DNA of 64,000 bases from Basidiobolus meristosporus CBS 931.73 (taxonomy: Eukaryota > Fungi > Basidiobolomycota), in assembly GCA_002104905.1 (NCBI GenBank), contig MCFE01000228.1, positions 58,069 to 122,068 of the forward strand, given 5' to 3'. Below the pieces are notes generated by a model. The model worked only from the letters and a program-made list of their open reading frames with translations. It did no database searches and was not told where the DNA came from. This document shows positions 10,670 through 25,654 of the stretch, in pieces. The stretch's first letter is position 1; the number at the start of each line of letters is the position of its first letter. The position numbers were made by a program, and so were the translations under genes.

Positions 10670-13600
10670 TGTTGTAAGAGTCTTGGAGATATTGGAAGTG
10701 ATTGGGAGAACAAGTAGATTATGTGGTTTTCACTTAATGATTTATTGAATGTAAAAGTAGTATTTATACTTTTACCTGGTCTTGGCATTACAAACACGTA
10801 GAATAGATTAAGGAAGGTCCCAAGAACATGTGTGCAAAGTTTGGGGCTGTTTGGACAACTTTGAGAATTTTCATGTTCTGGGTACCTGGTATTTTGGTGA
10901 AAATATTCTAAGTAAATCCCAACAAGAAATTTAGTCAGTATTCTCTAGGATTTGAAGGTGATTATCTAAGTGACTAAGTTAGGTGAATATTTAGGTGGAA
11001 TTACAAATTTTTACAACACTCCCACTCAGCTAAATGTTCATACTGACTAGTCCTAATTTTGACCTAAGATACTCAAACTTGTCTCTAGCTAATGATTTGG
11101 TAAATATGTCTGCAATCATTTCATCTGTAGGACAGTAAACTAAGCTAACTAAGTTATTCTCTATGACATCATGTATGAAATGATGTCTAATATCCATGTG
11201 CTTGGTTCTAGCATGAAAAGTTGGATTTCTACCTAATTGTACACATCCTTGATTATCTTGAAATAAAGTATTAGGCGTTTTTTGACATAGGCCTATATCT
11301 GCTAAGAGTTTTCTTAACCACATTGCTTCTTTTGTAGCTTCACAGGCTGCCATATACTCTGCCTCTGTAGTAGAAAGTGCTACGGTTGGTTGCTTTCTTG
11401 AATTCCATGAAATTGCTCCTTTACAGTAAAGAAAGGTATATCCTGTGGTGGATCTTCTGTCTTCCAAATTTCGTCCCCAATCAACATCAGAGTATCCCAC
11501 AAGGTCCTGTTCTGAGTCCTTATAAGTGTATCTTGAGCAGATATCAGCAGTTCCTTTTAGGTATCTAAAAATCCACTTAACTGCTGCAATATGATCAGAT
11601 CCATAGTTCTGATTATGTTGGCTGACAACTCCCACTGAATATGAGATATCTGGATGTGTTCCAAGCATGATATACATCAGATTGCCAACCATAGATTTAT
11701 AAGGAAAGTCAGGGCTTTCAGATGGCACCAAGCTCTCTTGATTTGGTTGAGTTTTGACCAAGTTAAGGTTTGTCTCCATTGGGGTAGCTGCTGGTTTACA
11801 GTCTTCCATTTTGTACTTCTTTAGTATATCTTGAATATACTTGGATTGGCTTAGGGTGATAGTCTGGGTACTTCTGTCTATGGAGAACTTAATCCCTAAG
11901 TAGTAACTAAGTTCTCCTAGATCGGACATCTTGAACTCCTTAGATAGGTTGGATTTAGTCTCTTCCAATGTTTCTAGGTTATTGGCGGCTATAATAAGAT
12001 CATCCACATATAGAGCTAATAGAACTGGATTTGCTCTATCTGGCTTATAGTATATACTATAGTCAGCATTACTCCTTTTGAAACTCAAAGATTCCAAATA
12101 AGAATCTATTTTGCAATTCCAGGCTCTTGGTGATTGTTTGCGGCCATATAGTGACTTTTTAAGCTTGCAAACCAAATGGGGGTTATCTTGGTCAACAAAC
12201 CCATCAGGCTGTTCCATATACACGTCCTCATCAAGTTCTCTATTCAAAAATCCAGTTTTTACATCCATTTGATGAATAAAAAACTTATATTTGGCTGCAA
12301 TAGCCAATATTAATCTGATGGAATTAAACTTGGCTACCAGTGCAAAGGTCTCAGTATAGTCAAGTCCTTTTATTTGAGAGTATCCTTTGGCTACAAGTCT
12401 TGCTTTGTATCTTTCAATTGTGCCATCAGCCTTGTATTTTGTCTTGAAGACCCATCTGCATCCAATTGATTTTGGTTGATTGGTAATTTGACTAAGTCTC
12501 AAGTTTGATTTTCCATCAGGGCCTGATATTCATCAGTCATTGCAGATCTCCAAAACTTTGTCTGAGGGCTATTTAGGGCCTCTTTTACAGTCTGGAGCTC
12601 ATCAATATGGACTGAATAGGCATAGGCTAAGTTTGTACCCTCATTGATATAGTAATTTGGGCTATTTCTTGTCCAATTGGATCTTCGGGCATTTGATACT
12701 GGAGTGATCACTTCTGGGATATTCCTGGGCACTGATTCTGGCTGAACCACAGTTGTAGAGTCCTCTGGAGTGAAAAAGTTTTCATTGTTTTGCTCTGATT
12801 CAATCCTGAGAATTGGTGGACTGGAGATCAAATTTTTGTCATCATCTGATGTCATTTTTTGTGAAAATTTTGAATTTTCATCAAACAACACATCCCTGGA
12901 CTTGATCAGCTTCTTTGCTTTGGTATTGTAGAGTCTGTATGCCTTACTCTCATTGCAGTAGCCCAAAAATATGCATTTTACACTTTTTGGCTCAAATTTT
13001 GACTGATTTCCGGCCAGTTTTTTGGCATATGCTGTACACCCAAATATTCTTAGATGTTCTGCACTTGGTCTGTATCCATACCATGCTTCAAATGGAGTAG
13101 AATCACAAAGTATTCTGTTATAACTCCTATTTTTAAGATATACAGCAGTGGCAACTGATTCCGCCCAAAAATCATAGGATAATTTTTGATCATGGATCAT
13201 AGATCTTGCCATATCAATTATTGATCTGTTAGCTTGTTCTGCTACTCCATTTTGCTGTGGGGAGCATGGTACAATAGTCTCTTGCTTTATCCCATGAATT
13301 TTGCAGAAGTGGATGAAGAGTTTTGAGGTATATTCTCCACCATTGTCATAGTGTATTTTCTTGATTTTTTCACCAGTTTCTCTCTCCACCATGGCTTTAA
13401 ACTCCCTGAACTTAGACAGAGCTTCTTCCTTTTTCTTCATGAAGTAGACCCATGTGTATCTTGTATAATCATCAATAAAAGTGATTAAATACTTCATCCC
13501 GCCTAAGGATAAATTTTGCATAGGTCCACACAGATCTGAGTGAATTAGATCTAATTTTTTCTTAGTTTTGATTAACGCAGAGCTCTTGAACGGCTGTCTG

Positions 13601-15353
13601 GCTTGTTTCCCATATATGCAGGCTTCACAGTGTGCCAAATTAGCTGGGGGATCAATTTTCACTCCAGAAATTAGCTGATCTTTGATCATTTTACGCAAAT
13701 AATCAAAATTGATGTGTCCAAATCTCCTGTGCCAAAGCATTGGTGTTTCTTCATTTAAGTTACTTATATTGGCTTCCAAATATGATGGAATATAAGTCAA
13801 CTTGTAAAGATTCTGATCTCAGATATCGAAAGCAATATGGGCACTATTTTGATCAGTGATCCTGCATCCAGAATTGTCAAAACTGAAACTGAGTCCTTCT
13901 GCTGTGGCCTTGCTTACAGAGAGTAGGTTCTTGGCTATTTCTGGTACATAGAGTACTTCTTTAAAGGTCAGTGTATGGCGTCCTTTACTGCTTCTAAGGT
14001 TTACTTGGATAGTTCCTTCTCCCACTGCATCAAGTGTTCTATTGTCACCCATGAAAACCTTCTTAATTGGAATTTCTTGATATTGGGTAAAAAGTTCTTA
14101 TTGGTGTGTAAAGTGTTCAGAAGCTCCAGAGTCAATATACCATGTCTGAGAATCCTTGTTTGTGGTCATATTTAGTGCAGATATGAATAGTCTATCTTCA
14201 GTTGTTGCAGCATTTCCATATTCAGGCTTCTTTTGCTGATAATATCTCTTTTTGAGACACTGGTCTGATGTGTGTCCTTTCCTTTTGCAGTAGTTGCAAA
14301 ATAGGTTGTTGTTACCTTTGTAGGGCCTTAGGTACCTCTTTTGTTGGTTATCATTGCTTATTAAAGCATTTTCTTCTTCATTCTTATTGGCGCTTGATTT
14401 TCTTAATTCTTCATCCAGGAGCCTTCCATTTACGTAGTTGAAGGTCAAATCTTCAGTTCTGGACTCTAGGGCTGATACAAGGCCCTGAAACTTGTCTGTC
14501 AGGCTATTCAGGATGGTAACTATCACATCCTCATCAGTAGTTGGTACGCCCACAGATTCCATCTCATCTACCAGCAGGGTAATTCTGTTAATTAGAATTT
14601 TCATTTCTTCTCCTGGCAGCATCTTTGTAGTAAAGAATTTTCATCTCAGATACATTTTCTTGGCAGCTGAACATGACTGGTAGGTGTCTTCTAATGCCTT
14701 CCAGGCATTCCTTGCCATTTTTGCTCTTGAGCATTGAATTAGCAATTTGTCCTTGACATTAAGGCAAATGCAGTTAAAGGCACTTTGTTCTTTCTTCTGG
14801 TACTTCAAGGCTTCCTCTCCCACGTTTTCAGGAGGGCATTCTTCTCCCATGACAATATCCTAAAGGCCTCTTTCTTGTAGCAGCATCTTCATCTTCACCT
14901 TCCACACTTGGTAGTTATATCCATTCAACTTTTCAGCAGAGGGAAAAATTCCAGTAATAGCAGTAGTAGACATTGCAGAGAGTGACAGCTTGGGGCTCAT
15001 AACCTGTTGTAAGAGTCTTGGAGATATTGGAAGTGATTGGGAGAACAAGTAGATTATGTGGTTTTCACTTGATGATTTATTGAAAGTAAAAGTAGTATTT
15101 ATACTTTTACCTGGTCTTGGCATTACAAGCACGTAGAATAGATTAAGGAAGGTCCCAAGAACATGTGTACAAAGTTTGGGGCTGTTTGGACAACCTTGAG
15201 AATTTTCATGTTCTGGGTACCTGGTATTTTGGTGAAAATATTCTAAGTAAATCCCAACAAGGAATTTGGTCAGTATTCTCTAGGATTTGAAGGTGATCAT
15301 CTAAGTGACTAAGTTAGGTGAATATTTAGGTGGAATTACAAATTTTTACAACA
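10670..15353 (-). mobile_element. Full-length but disrupted Ty1/copia retrotransposon (A1)
   Basis: 349-bp LTRs at 10670-11018 and 15005-15353 (8 differences counted by eye); 5-bp TSD GGACT on both sides; PBS GGTTATGAGCCCC at 14992-15004; PPT. Gag (CNYCKRKGHTSDQC), PR (WYIDSGASEH), IN, RT (LALYVDDL) and RNase H are in copia order but broken by stops and frameshifts. Confidence 0.97.
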
Positions 15354-15758
15354 GGACTAATATATTGTTCAACAGTATATGCATATGTGCTCAGCTTAAT
15401 TGATCAAGAAACTTGTAACTCAATGAGCATATCTACACAATAGTATGCCTAACAATTAGAATGATCTGATCAAAATACTAATTGCTAGCTTTGATCAGTT
15501 GTATGGATTTGAATAATAATCCAAGTCTAGTTATCAGATTGCAATAATGATATATAGCCTCTGGGCTATCCAATGCATTTACTTGAGCAAAATTGACCCA
15601 CTTTTGGTCAAGTTAAGGTTTTGTCATTTTTGGCAAATCTGGAGTTTCCTTATATCTGGGCAAAAGTCTAATTCATTTAGACAACTTCACTGTATATCAA
15701 TATTAGACTCAGGGACACTTAATTCCATCATATAGACTCTATATGAGGTAAAAGAAAT

Positions 15759-18700
15759 TGTTGTAAGAGTCTTGGAGATATTGGAAGTGATTGGGAGGAC
15801 AAGTAGATTATGTGGTTTCACTAAATGATTCATTGAATGTAAAAGTAGTATTTGTACTTTCTTGGCATTACAAGCATGTTGAATAGGTTAAGGAAGGTCC
15901 AAAGAACATGTGTGCAAAGTTTGGGGCTGTTTGGACAACTTTGAGAATTTTCATGTTCTGGGTACCTGGTATTTTGGTGAAAATATTCTAAGTAAATCCC
16001 AACAAGGAATTTGGTCAGTATTCTCTAGGATTTGAAGGTAATGATCTATGTGACTAAGTTAGGTGAACATTTAGGTGGAATTGCAAATTCTTACCACACT
16101 CCCACTGAGCTAAATGTTCATACTGACTAGTCCTAATTTTGACCTAAGATATTCAAACTTGTCTCTAGCCAATGGTTTGGTAAATATATCTGCAATCATT
16201 TCATCTGAGGGACAGTAAACTAAGCTAACTAAGTTATTCTCTATAGCTTCACATATTAAATAATGTCTAATATCTATGTGCTTGGTTCTAGCATGAAAAG
16301 TTGGATTTATACCTAATTGTGTACATCATTGATTATTGTAAAATAAAGTAATAGGCTTTTGTGACATAGGCCTAAATCTGTAAAAAGCTTTCTTAACGAC
16401 ATTGCTTCTTTTGTAGCCTCACAGGCTGCCATATACTCTGCCTCTGCGGTAGAAAGTGCTATGGATGGTTGCTTTCTTGAATTCCATGAAATTGCTCCTT
16501 GACAGTAAAGAAAGGTGTATCCTGTGGTGGATCTTCTGTCTTCTAAGTTTTGCCCCCAATCAGCATCAGAGTATCCCACAAGATCCTGTTCTGAATCCTT
16601 ATAAGTGTATCTTGAGCAGAAATCAGCAGTTCCTTTTAAGTATCTAAAAATCTGCTTAACTGTTGCAATATGATCAGATCCATAGTTCTGATTATGTTGG
16701 CTGACAACTCCCACTGAATATAAGATATCTGGACATGTTCCAAGCATGCTATACATCTGACTACTGCCCACAGACTGCCAACCATAGATTGATAAGGAAA
16801 GTCAGGGCTTTCAGATGGCACCAAGCTCTCTTGATTTAGTTGAGTTTTGACCAAGTTAAGGTTTGTCTCCATAGGGGTAGCTGCTGGTTTACAGTCTTCC
16901 ATTTGGTACTTCTTTTGTATATCTTTAATATACTTGGATTGGCTTAGGGTAATAGTCTGGGTACTTCTGTCTATGGAGAGCTTAATCCCTAAGTAGTAAC
17001 TGAGTTCTCCCAGATTGTACATCCTGAACTTCTTAGATAGGATGTATTTAGTCTCTTCCAATATTTCTAGGTTATTGGCGGCTATAATAAGATCATCCAC
17101 ATATAGAGCTAATAGAACTGGATTTGCTCTATCTGGCTTATAGTATATACTATAGTCAGCATTACTCCTTTTGAAACTCAAAGATTCCAAATAAGAGTCT
17201 ATCTTGCAATTGCAGGCTCTTGGTGATTATTTAAGACCATATAGTGACTTTTTAAGCTTGCAGACCAAATGGGGGTTATGTTGGTCAACAAACCCATCAG
17301 GCTGGTCCATATACATGTCTTCATCAAGTTCTCCATTCAAAAATGCAGTTTTTACATCCATTTGATAAATAGAAAACTTATATTTGGCTGCAATAGCCAA
17401 TATTAATCTGATGGAAATAAACTTAGCTGCTGGTGCAAAGGTCTCAGTATAGTCAAGTCATTTTGTTTGAGAGTATCTTTTGGCCACAAGTCTTGCTTTG
17501 TATCTTTCAATTGTACCATCAGCTAGGTATTTTGTCTTGAAGAACCATCTGCATCCAATTGATTTTTGGTTGATTGGTAATTTGACTAAGTCTCAAGTTT
17601 GATTTTCCATCAGGGCCTGATATTCATCAGTCATTGCAGATCTCCAAAACTTTGTCTGAGGGCTATTTAGGGCCTCTTTTACAGTCTGGAGCTCATCAAT
17701 ATGGACTGAATAGGCATAGGCTAAGTTTGTACCCTCATTGATATAGTAATTTGGGCTATTTCTTGTCCAATTGGATCTCCAGGCATTTGATACTAGAATG
17801 ATCACTTCTGGGATATTCCTGGGCACTGATTTAGGCTGAACCATAATTTTAGAGTCCACTGGAGTGAAAAAATTCTCATTGTTTTGCTTTGACTCAATCC
17901 TGACTATTGATGAACTTGCAATCAAAATTTTGCCATCCTTTGATGTAATTTTATGTCAGCATTTTGAGTTTTCATCAGACAACACTTGATGTTGTTTTTT
18001 GTGAAAATTCTGAATATTCATCAAACAACCCATCCCTGGACTTGATTGGCTTCTTTGCTTTGGCATTGCAGAGTCTGTGTGCTTTACTCTCATTGCAATA
18101 ACCCAAAAGTATGCATTCTACACTTTTTGATTCAAATTTTGACTGATTTCCAGACAGTTTCTTGGCATGTGCTGTACACCCAAATATTCTTAGATGTTCT
18201 GCACTTGGTCTGTACCCATACCATGTTACATATGGAGTAGAGTCACAAAGTATTCTGTTATAGCTCCTATTTTTAAGGTATACAGCAGTGGCAACTGATT
18301 CTGCCCAAAAATCATAGGATAATTTTGATCATGGATCATAGATCTTGCCATATCAATTATTGATCTGTTAGCATGTTCTGCCACTCCATTTTGCTGTGGG
18401 GAGCATGGTACAATAGTCTCTTGCTTTATCCCATGAATTTTGCAGAAGTGGATGAAGAGTTTTGAGGTATATTCTCCACCATTGTCAGATCATATATTCT
18501 TGGTTTTTTCACCAGTTTCTCTCTCCACCATGGCTTTGAGCTCCCTGAACTTAGACAGAGCTTGTTCCTTTCTCTCCATGAAGTAGACCCATGTGTACCT
18601 TGTATAATCATCAATAAAAGTGATTAAATACTTCATCCCACCTAAGAATAAACTTTTCATAGGTCCACACAGATCTGAGTGAATTAGATCTAATTTTTTC

Positions 18701-20489
18701 TTAGTTTTGATTAACCCAGAGCTCTTGAACTGTTGTCTGGCTTGTTTCCCATATATGCAGGCTTCACAGTGTGCCAAATTAGCTGGGGGATCAATTTTCA
18801 CTCCAGAAATTAGCTGATCTATGATCATTTTGCGCAAATAATCAAAATTGATGTGTCCAAATCTCCTGTGCCAAAGCATTGGTGTTTCATCATTTAAGTT
18901 ACTTATATTGGCTTCCAAATATGATGGAATATAAGTCAACTTGTAAAGATTCTGATCTCAGATACCCAAAGCAATATGGGCACCATTTTGATCAGTGATC
19001 TTGCATCCAGAATTGTCAAAGGTGAAGCTGAGTCCTTCTGCTGTGGCCTTGCTCATAGATAGTAGGTTTTTGGCTATATCTGGTACATGGCGTACTTCTT
19101 TTAAGGTCAGTGTATGGCTTCCTCCACTGCTTCTAAGGTTTACTTGGATAGTTCCTTCTCCCACTGCATCAAGTGTTCTACTGACACCCATGAAAACCTT
19201 CTTAATTGGAATTTCTTGATATTGGGTAAAAAGTTCTTTTTGGTGTGTAAAGTGTTGAGATGCTCCAGAGTCAACATACCACGTCTGAGAATCCTTGTTT
19301 GTGGTCATATATAGTGTAGATATGGATAGTCTATCTTCAGTTGTTGCAGCATTTCCATATTCAGGCTTTTTCTGCTGATTATCTTTGTTTTCAAGCACTC
19401 ATCTGATGTGTGTCCTTTCCTTTTGCAGTAGTTACAAAACATATTGCTGTTGCCTTGGTAGGGTTTTGGGTACCTCCCTTGTTGGTTATCATTGCTTATT
19501 AAAGCATTTTCTTGTTCCTTCTTATTGGTGCTTGATTTTCTTAATTCTTCATCCAGGAGCCTTCCATATATGTAATTTAAGGTCAAATCTTCAGTTCTGG
19601 ACTCTAGAGCTGATACAAGGCCCTAAAGCTTGCCTGTCAGGCTATTCAGGGTGGTAACTATCACATCCTGATCAGTAGTTGGTACACCCACAGATTCCAT
19701 TTCATCTACCAGCAGGGTAATTTGGTTAATTAGATTTATCATTCCTTTTCCTGGCAGCATCTTTGTAGTGCAGAGTTTTGGTCTCAGATACATTTTCTGA
19801 GCAGCTGAACATGACTGGTAGATGTCTTCTAATGCTTTCCAGGCATTCTTTGCTGTTTTTGCTCTTGAGCATTGGATTAGCAATTTGTCTTTAACACTAA
19901 GGCAAATGCAGTTAAAGGTACTTTGTTCTTTCTTCTGGTACTTTGAGGTTTCCTCTCCTATGTTTTGAGGAGGGCATTCTTCTCCCATGACAATATCCCA
20001 AAGGCCTCTTTCTTGTAGCAGCATCTTCATCTTCACCTTCCACACTTAGTAGTTAGATCCATCTAGCTTTTCAGCGGAGGGAACAATTCTAGTAATAGCA
20101 GTAGTAGACATTGCAGAGAGTGACAGCTTGGGGCTCATAACCTGTTGTAAAATTCTTGGAGATATTGGAAGTGATTGGCAGAACATGTAGATTATGTGGT
20201 TCTTACTTAATGATTTATTGAATGTAAAAGTAGTATTTATACTTTTACATGATCTTGGCATTACAAACACATGGAATAGGTTACAAAGGTCCCAAGAACA
20301 TGAGTGTAAAGGTTGGGGCAGTTTGGACAACTTAGAATATTTTCACCAAAATACCGGGAACCAAGAACATGAAAATTCTCAAGTAAATCCCAACAAGGAA
20401 TTTGGTCAGTATTCCCTAGGATCTGAAGGTAATGATCTAAGTGACCAAGACAGGTGCATATTTAGGTGGAATTACAAATTCTTATAACA
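15759..20489 (-). mobile_element. Second, more decayed Ty1/copia copy of family A (A2), probably chimeric
   Basis: LTRs at 15759-16098 and 20143-20489 are clearly more diverged; flanks GAAAT and CATAC do not form a TSD; gag-pol is fragmented; short internal duplication near 17930-18030. Confidence 0.93.
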
Positions 20490-20802
20490 CATACAACATG
20501 GCCAAAAAAAGGTTTTTGCTCAACTCTGAGCTGGCATGGCCTGCTCCCACTTGAGCCACAGTTGTTTAGTTATTCAGATCCACAAAAATGGTCTAGAATC
20601 GTCATCTTTGTCTTCCTTAAGCAGCAATTACTTTCTTTGGACTGATTACTCCATTCACAGTATATTCAAAGTCTATTTGCTTCTTGATCTACCCAGTTTG
20701 GTATCAGAAAGTACCATAGGTTGTTTGGTAGCTATTTTTAAAGGTCTTCCACTGATTTGGATTGATACAGCTGCTTTTGTCTTATCAGCATATATTTGTA
20801 GA

Positions 20803-21151
20803 TATTGTAGCTATTAAGTTGTCACCAAAATACTCATGCTAACTTAGTCATATATTTCTCATTCTTTGATTAGCATTCTGTCCAGACCAAATTTCTTGTT
20901 GAGATTTACTTAGAATATTTTCACCAAATTATCAAGTACCCAGATTATGATCATTCTCAAAGTTGTCCAAAAGCCCCAAAACCTTGCACACATATTCTTG
21001 AGATCTTCCTTAACAAACTCTGCATGTTTGTTTGCTTTACTTTATCAACAGTATAAATACCATACTTTTGAACAATAAATCTACAAGTGAATAACATGTA
21101 AATCCTCTAGCTCTCCATATCACTTCCAATACTCCTCAGAATATTGCAACA
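20803..21151 (+). mobile_element. Solo LTR, family B
   Basis: 349 bp ending GCAACA, flanked by 5-bp TSD GTAGA on both sides. Confidence 0.85.
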
Positions 21152-22031
21152 GTAGATTCAAGATTGGCACTTTGCTGGAAGTGAGGTTCTCCTTAACAAG
21201 GGCTTTGATTATCCTTATTCTCCTGATAGTTATTTTCAACCTTGGGCTTGGTTTTCAAGGCTAACTGATCTTCTCTGCGGCTTCAGAGTCCATAAAAGCC
21301 ATCTGGCTTATCCTTGCACTTTTTTCTTTCTGCTCCATAGACAGCAGATATCAAGACTTATGCACTAGATAATCTGCTCTGATATATACTACAATGTCTG
21401 AAAGATCCTGTTGAAGTTTCAAAGCTCTTCTGGGGTTTCTGACTTGAAAGCTTTGTACAAGAGGCCCCATGGAGCATATCTACACTGCTAGATACTTCAA
21501 ATATAGCCCACATAGGTTTTGGCTCCATTAGGAAGTACCCTAGTTTGCAGTAAGAGTATTTTCCCATTTTTCTTCTTTTTCTTTTTCTGCTGATGATCCA
21601 AGGTAAAGTCCTTTTATGGGATGGTGCTGGACTTCCTTACAGGTGAGACCACAGTGTGTTTGAGCATGGAAAACCTCATGACATCATTGGCCCAGAATAT
21701 TTAACAATTTGAGAGTGATATAGTCAAAATTGGCATCCATTCAGATCAATCTTAACCTTGGATAGAGTTGACCATATTTGATCTAATAAACTGCACCTGA
21801 AAGCTAGCTTCATCAGTGCTTTGGAAGCAGACACAAGTATAACAGCTTTTTGAGTTGCAGAGCTTGGCAGTGACTTGATCAATCACAATTTTTCAGATCT
21901 GATACAGAGAATCAAATGGCACCAAGTGTTTTCTCCCACTGAAATAAGTGAAACATATATAACAAGTGTAAAATACTATGTTATCTTCTGAGTGGCTCTT
22001 AGCTGCATACTGGCCTTCTGTTGCTTAGTTG

Positions 22032-22620
22032 TGTTGTAAAATTTCTAATTCCACCTAAATATTCACCAAACTTGGTCACTTAGATCATTATCTTCCAATC
22101 AAAGGGAATACTGACCAAATTCCTTGCTGGGATTTACTTGGAATATTTTTACCAAAATACCATGTACCCCAAACATGAAAGTTCTCAAAGCTGTCCAAAC
22201 AGCCCAAAATTTTGCACACATGCTCTTGGGACCTTCCTTAACATATTTTATGTGTTTTTAGTGCAAAGAACATGTAAAAGTATAAATACTACTATGGCAT
22301 TCAATAAATCATTAAGTGAAAGCCACATAATCTACTTGTCCTCCTAATCACTTTGAGCAACTCCAAAACTTGTACAACAGGTTATAAACCCAAAGCTGTC
22401 ACTCTCTGCAATGTCCACTACTGCTATTACTGGAACTTTTTTTTCCCCTCTGCTGAAATGTTGGATGGATCTAACTACCAAGTGTGGAGGGTGAAGATGA
22501 AGATGCTGCTACAAGAAAGAGGCCTTTGGGATATTGACATGGGAGATGAATGCCCTCTTAAACACATAGGACAGAAATCCTCATGGTACCAGAAGAAAGA
22601 ACAAAGTGCCTTTAGCTGCA
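22032..22620 (+). mobile_element. Copia family A 5' LTR (22032-22379), PBS and truncated gag
   Basis: TGTTG...CAACA; GGTTATAAACCC PBS; YQVWRVKMKMLLQERGLWD gag fragment cut by a CACTA end at 22621. Confidence 0.85.
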
Positions 22621-24412
22621 ACCTATGAAAAATTATTGAGATGATCCCATCAAAAGGTTGTCACAAAGCTAAAGTCCTATGACTAAGAGGTACTGATCCT
22701 GTCAGAACACCATCCCAAGACCATTGAAAAATAACTGGACCCCAGATTTCACAAAAAACCCGGTCAAAAGTTTTCATTACAACAAAGTATAAGTGGTTTT
22801 TCATTGATTCCTTGCCAATTTGCTCACTTTCTGATCCCAAACACTCTATTGCCTCCTATGTTTGTGTGAATTGATTGGCTATTGCCTCTTTTTCACACTT
22901 GTTACTTCCTGACTCAACCATTTCTCTTACTTTTCATGCATACAAATTGATTTATATCTGTTGAAACTTCAGTTGTACCTCAATTGCCCATTGTTTTGAC
23001 TTATACAAGTCTCTATACCTTACACTAACATTAAGCTCAACCCCACACTCCACAAGTCACTCCATTAAAATCCTCCAATCAATAAGTATATCTACTGTAA
23101 CACTCTGGTTTCACAACTTTGGTGGGAACCCAATGGCTTTATGCTCTTGCAAAAACAGCTGTTTTCTTGTTGGTAATTCTTCTTAGCTATGATGAGATTC
23201 AGTCTGTTCCAGGCTTGCAGCATTAATTGGCAAGAACTGCAGTATTTTGCAGCCTTCCTGTCTCAGGCTTGAGTAGATATTGTTCCCTTTACCTTTTTCA
23301 TTATCACTGGCAGATCTTTCAATGCTACTTTTTCTGAGTGCTTCTTGTAAAGAACTACATTTTCTCCTGGATAGATTTTGCTCTGACGCATCTGTTTTGG
23401 CCTGCTTGTCCCTTGCTTGCACTCTTCTGGCAACCTGACGTTTCTTTTCCGCTTGTTTTGAGCTCTCAACCATAGTTGTGACAGGCTCCTGTAAATGAGG
23501 CTGGTTTTTATCACTGCCAGGTCCTTCACTGCTACTTTGACTGGGTGCTTCTTGAGTGGTACTATGCTTTATCCTTGAGAAATGTTGTGCTGGTGCATCC
23601 ATGTCTGCCTGCTTGTCCCTAATTGGCACTCTTCCAGCTACCTGACATCTCTTAGATGCTTGTCTGGAGCTTTCAGCCCCGCTTCTAACGGGCTCTTGAG
23701 GAAGCCACTGGTTTTTAGCCATTGCACCCTTGCTATTCAGCCTTTGTTAGTTTCTGCTATTCTTAAGTTACTTTCTTGGCATACCAATGCTGGCTCAAAA
23801 TCTGCTTTCCTGTTTGAGTTCAGGATAATGCTCATGGAACAAGTCAAGTGCATTCTGCTTGGCCTTGAGTTCCTGATGGTTCCATAGTATGCCAGCCTTA
23901 AGGTGATGGTGGGCTAGACTTCTGATGGCCTCTTGAATATTAGCCCACTCTTCATTTGTGAACTCAACAGCTTCATGAATCTTCATTGTCTTTTGATTTT
24001 TAGGCTTTGGTATAAACACCACTTTGTCTCCCCCCATCCTGTGATAGGTTTTTCTGCGGGCATTATCTTTGGGCACTATTGTTGTGCTTCAAAGACTGTA
24101 TGGTGATCCTCTGCTGTTACATCAGGAAATGGCCCAATTCTTGGCTATGACATTGAGCCACTTGAGTTCCTTCTTTGCAGCAAAGTTACTGCTTTCTCTA
24201 CCTGGGATATTGATTACTCTATGTGTATTAGACTTGTTCCGTTGGATAGTGCCACATAGTGCCAGCCTGTTTATGGTGCCGGATTGATCTGGCACTCTAC
24301 GGCACTATCTGGCACTATAATTTCTACCATGATGCCAGTGGTATGATACAGTTACTGGTAATTTTACTCAATCTTACTTATGTTGCTCAGAATAGTGCTT
24401 TCCTTGCTTTAT

Positions 24413-25347
24413 TTACTCTTCATAATGCTCCAGACACATTTCTCTCAGTGGATGTCTTCTTGTATGAACATATTGTGCATTAATAAGTATCTTAACTATT
24501 TTACCTATTCTGCTGTTTTCTCCTATATATGACTTTCCTCTGTATTTACCTGCCAATATGCTGAATTGCTTCAGATATCCAAATGTGTGCTCTACCCTTA
24601 CTCTGAAATGATTAAATATCTCATTGTAGAGCTTCTGCTTCCTGCTAAGAACACCATTCCTTGGCTTCTTATAAGCTGTAATACATCCTAATCTCTGACA
24701 ATCCTCTCCTATATAGGCTAAGTCTGCCATACATTTCTCCCCTCTACTGAATTCAGGATGATTCTCTACCCAGAGTGCTTTGTCATGCCTACTTCCAGCA
24801 AATGGCCACTAAACCAGATGATGTTACCCTCAATGTCAGACAGTGCTTGAAACATCACACAGTGTGCCTTGTACTTGCCAGAATAAAAGTGCCTCTGCCC
24901 TCTAGAAGGTCTGTTAATTCTCACTGGGAAGGTATCCAAAATACTCCTGATATGGAACCTGTTGCTGAACACTCTGGGATATCAAAGTCTATTGGAGCTT
25001 CTGAACCTAGTATTCCAAGCTTGCTCTAAGTCATTCATACCCTCTGCAAGGTGGTTCTCCATTGCTGTCAGCTGGGAATGAAAGCTTCTAGGACTTTTGT
25101 TGCCATGGATGGTGGGATGAAACCTTGTAGGGCAATAGTTCTTGTAATAGCAGAGAAGCTTAACAAGGGATCTCCTTGAGTAGATTGGGGTTGATGGTCC
25201 ACAGTACCTGGAATAGATCTCCTCTAGTGTGTCAAAAGGAAATCCAGTGATAGTGATGGGATTGATGAGAAAAGACCATTCAGATGAGTAAGTCATATTA
25301 AAATTGATGGATAATTGTATGGAGGCAGTTGAATCAATTCGGCACAA
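24413..25347 (-). pseudogene. DDE_Tnp_4-type transposase split over three frames
   Basis: ILDTFPVRINRP...QRHFYSGKYKAH, ADLAYIG, YKKPR...N...RVRVEHTFGYLKQF supply the D/D/E motifs. Confidence 0.88.
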
Positions 25348-25654
25348 TCTGCATTATTTATCTGATTTTTAATACATTATGGTTAAATCTCCATCAATTG
25401 CCATGTATCCCATCATTATGTTGCAAAAATCATCCGCAAACAATGCCTTGGTACTTTTATTGATGCTTTAATCATGGGTCTATAATCAAATAGGAAATCT
25501 GCAAATGATGTGATCTGATCCATGTCAACACAATCCAGGATGCATCATGCATAATATACGGAAAATTCAACAATCACATTAGTTTTCATATATATTTCAT
25601 ATAAGACCAGGTTGATGCCAACATACTGCTGTATAAGTATCCAAATCCATTGCT

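Noticed and set aside
10670-15353. Copia A1 as an active autonomous element
   Set aside because: Several stops and frameshifts in gag-pol (near 14860, 14640, 14098, 12499).
21152-22031. Possible gene in ORF 21358-21567 and surroundings
   Set aside because: CpG-depleted, fragmented frames with no recognisable motif; probably an old repeat remnant that I cannot classify.
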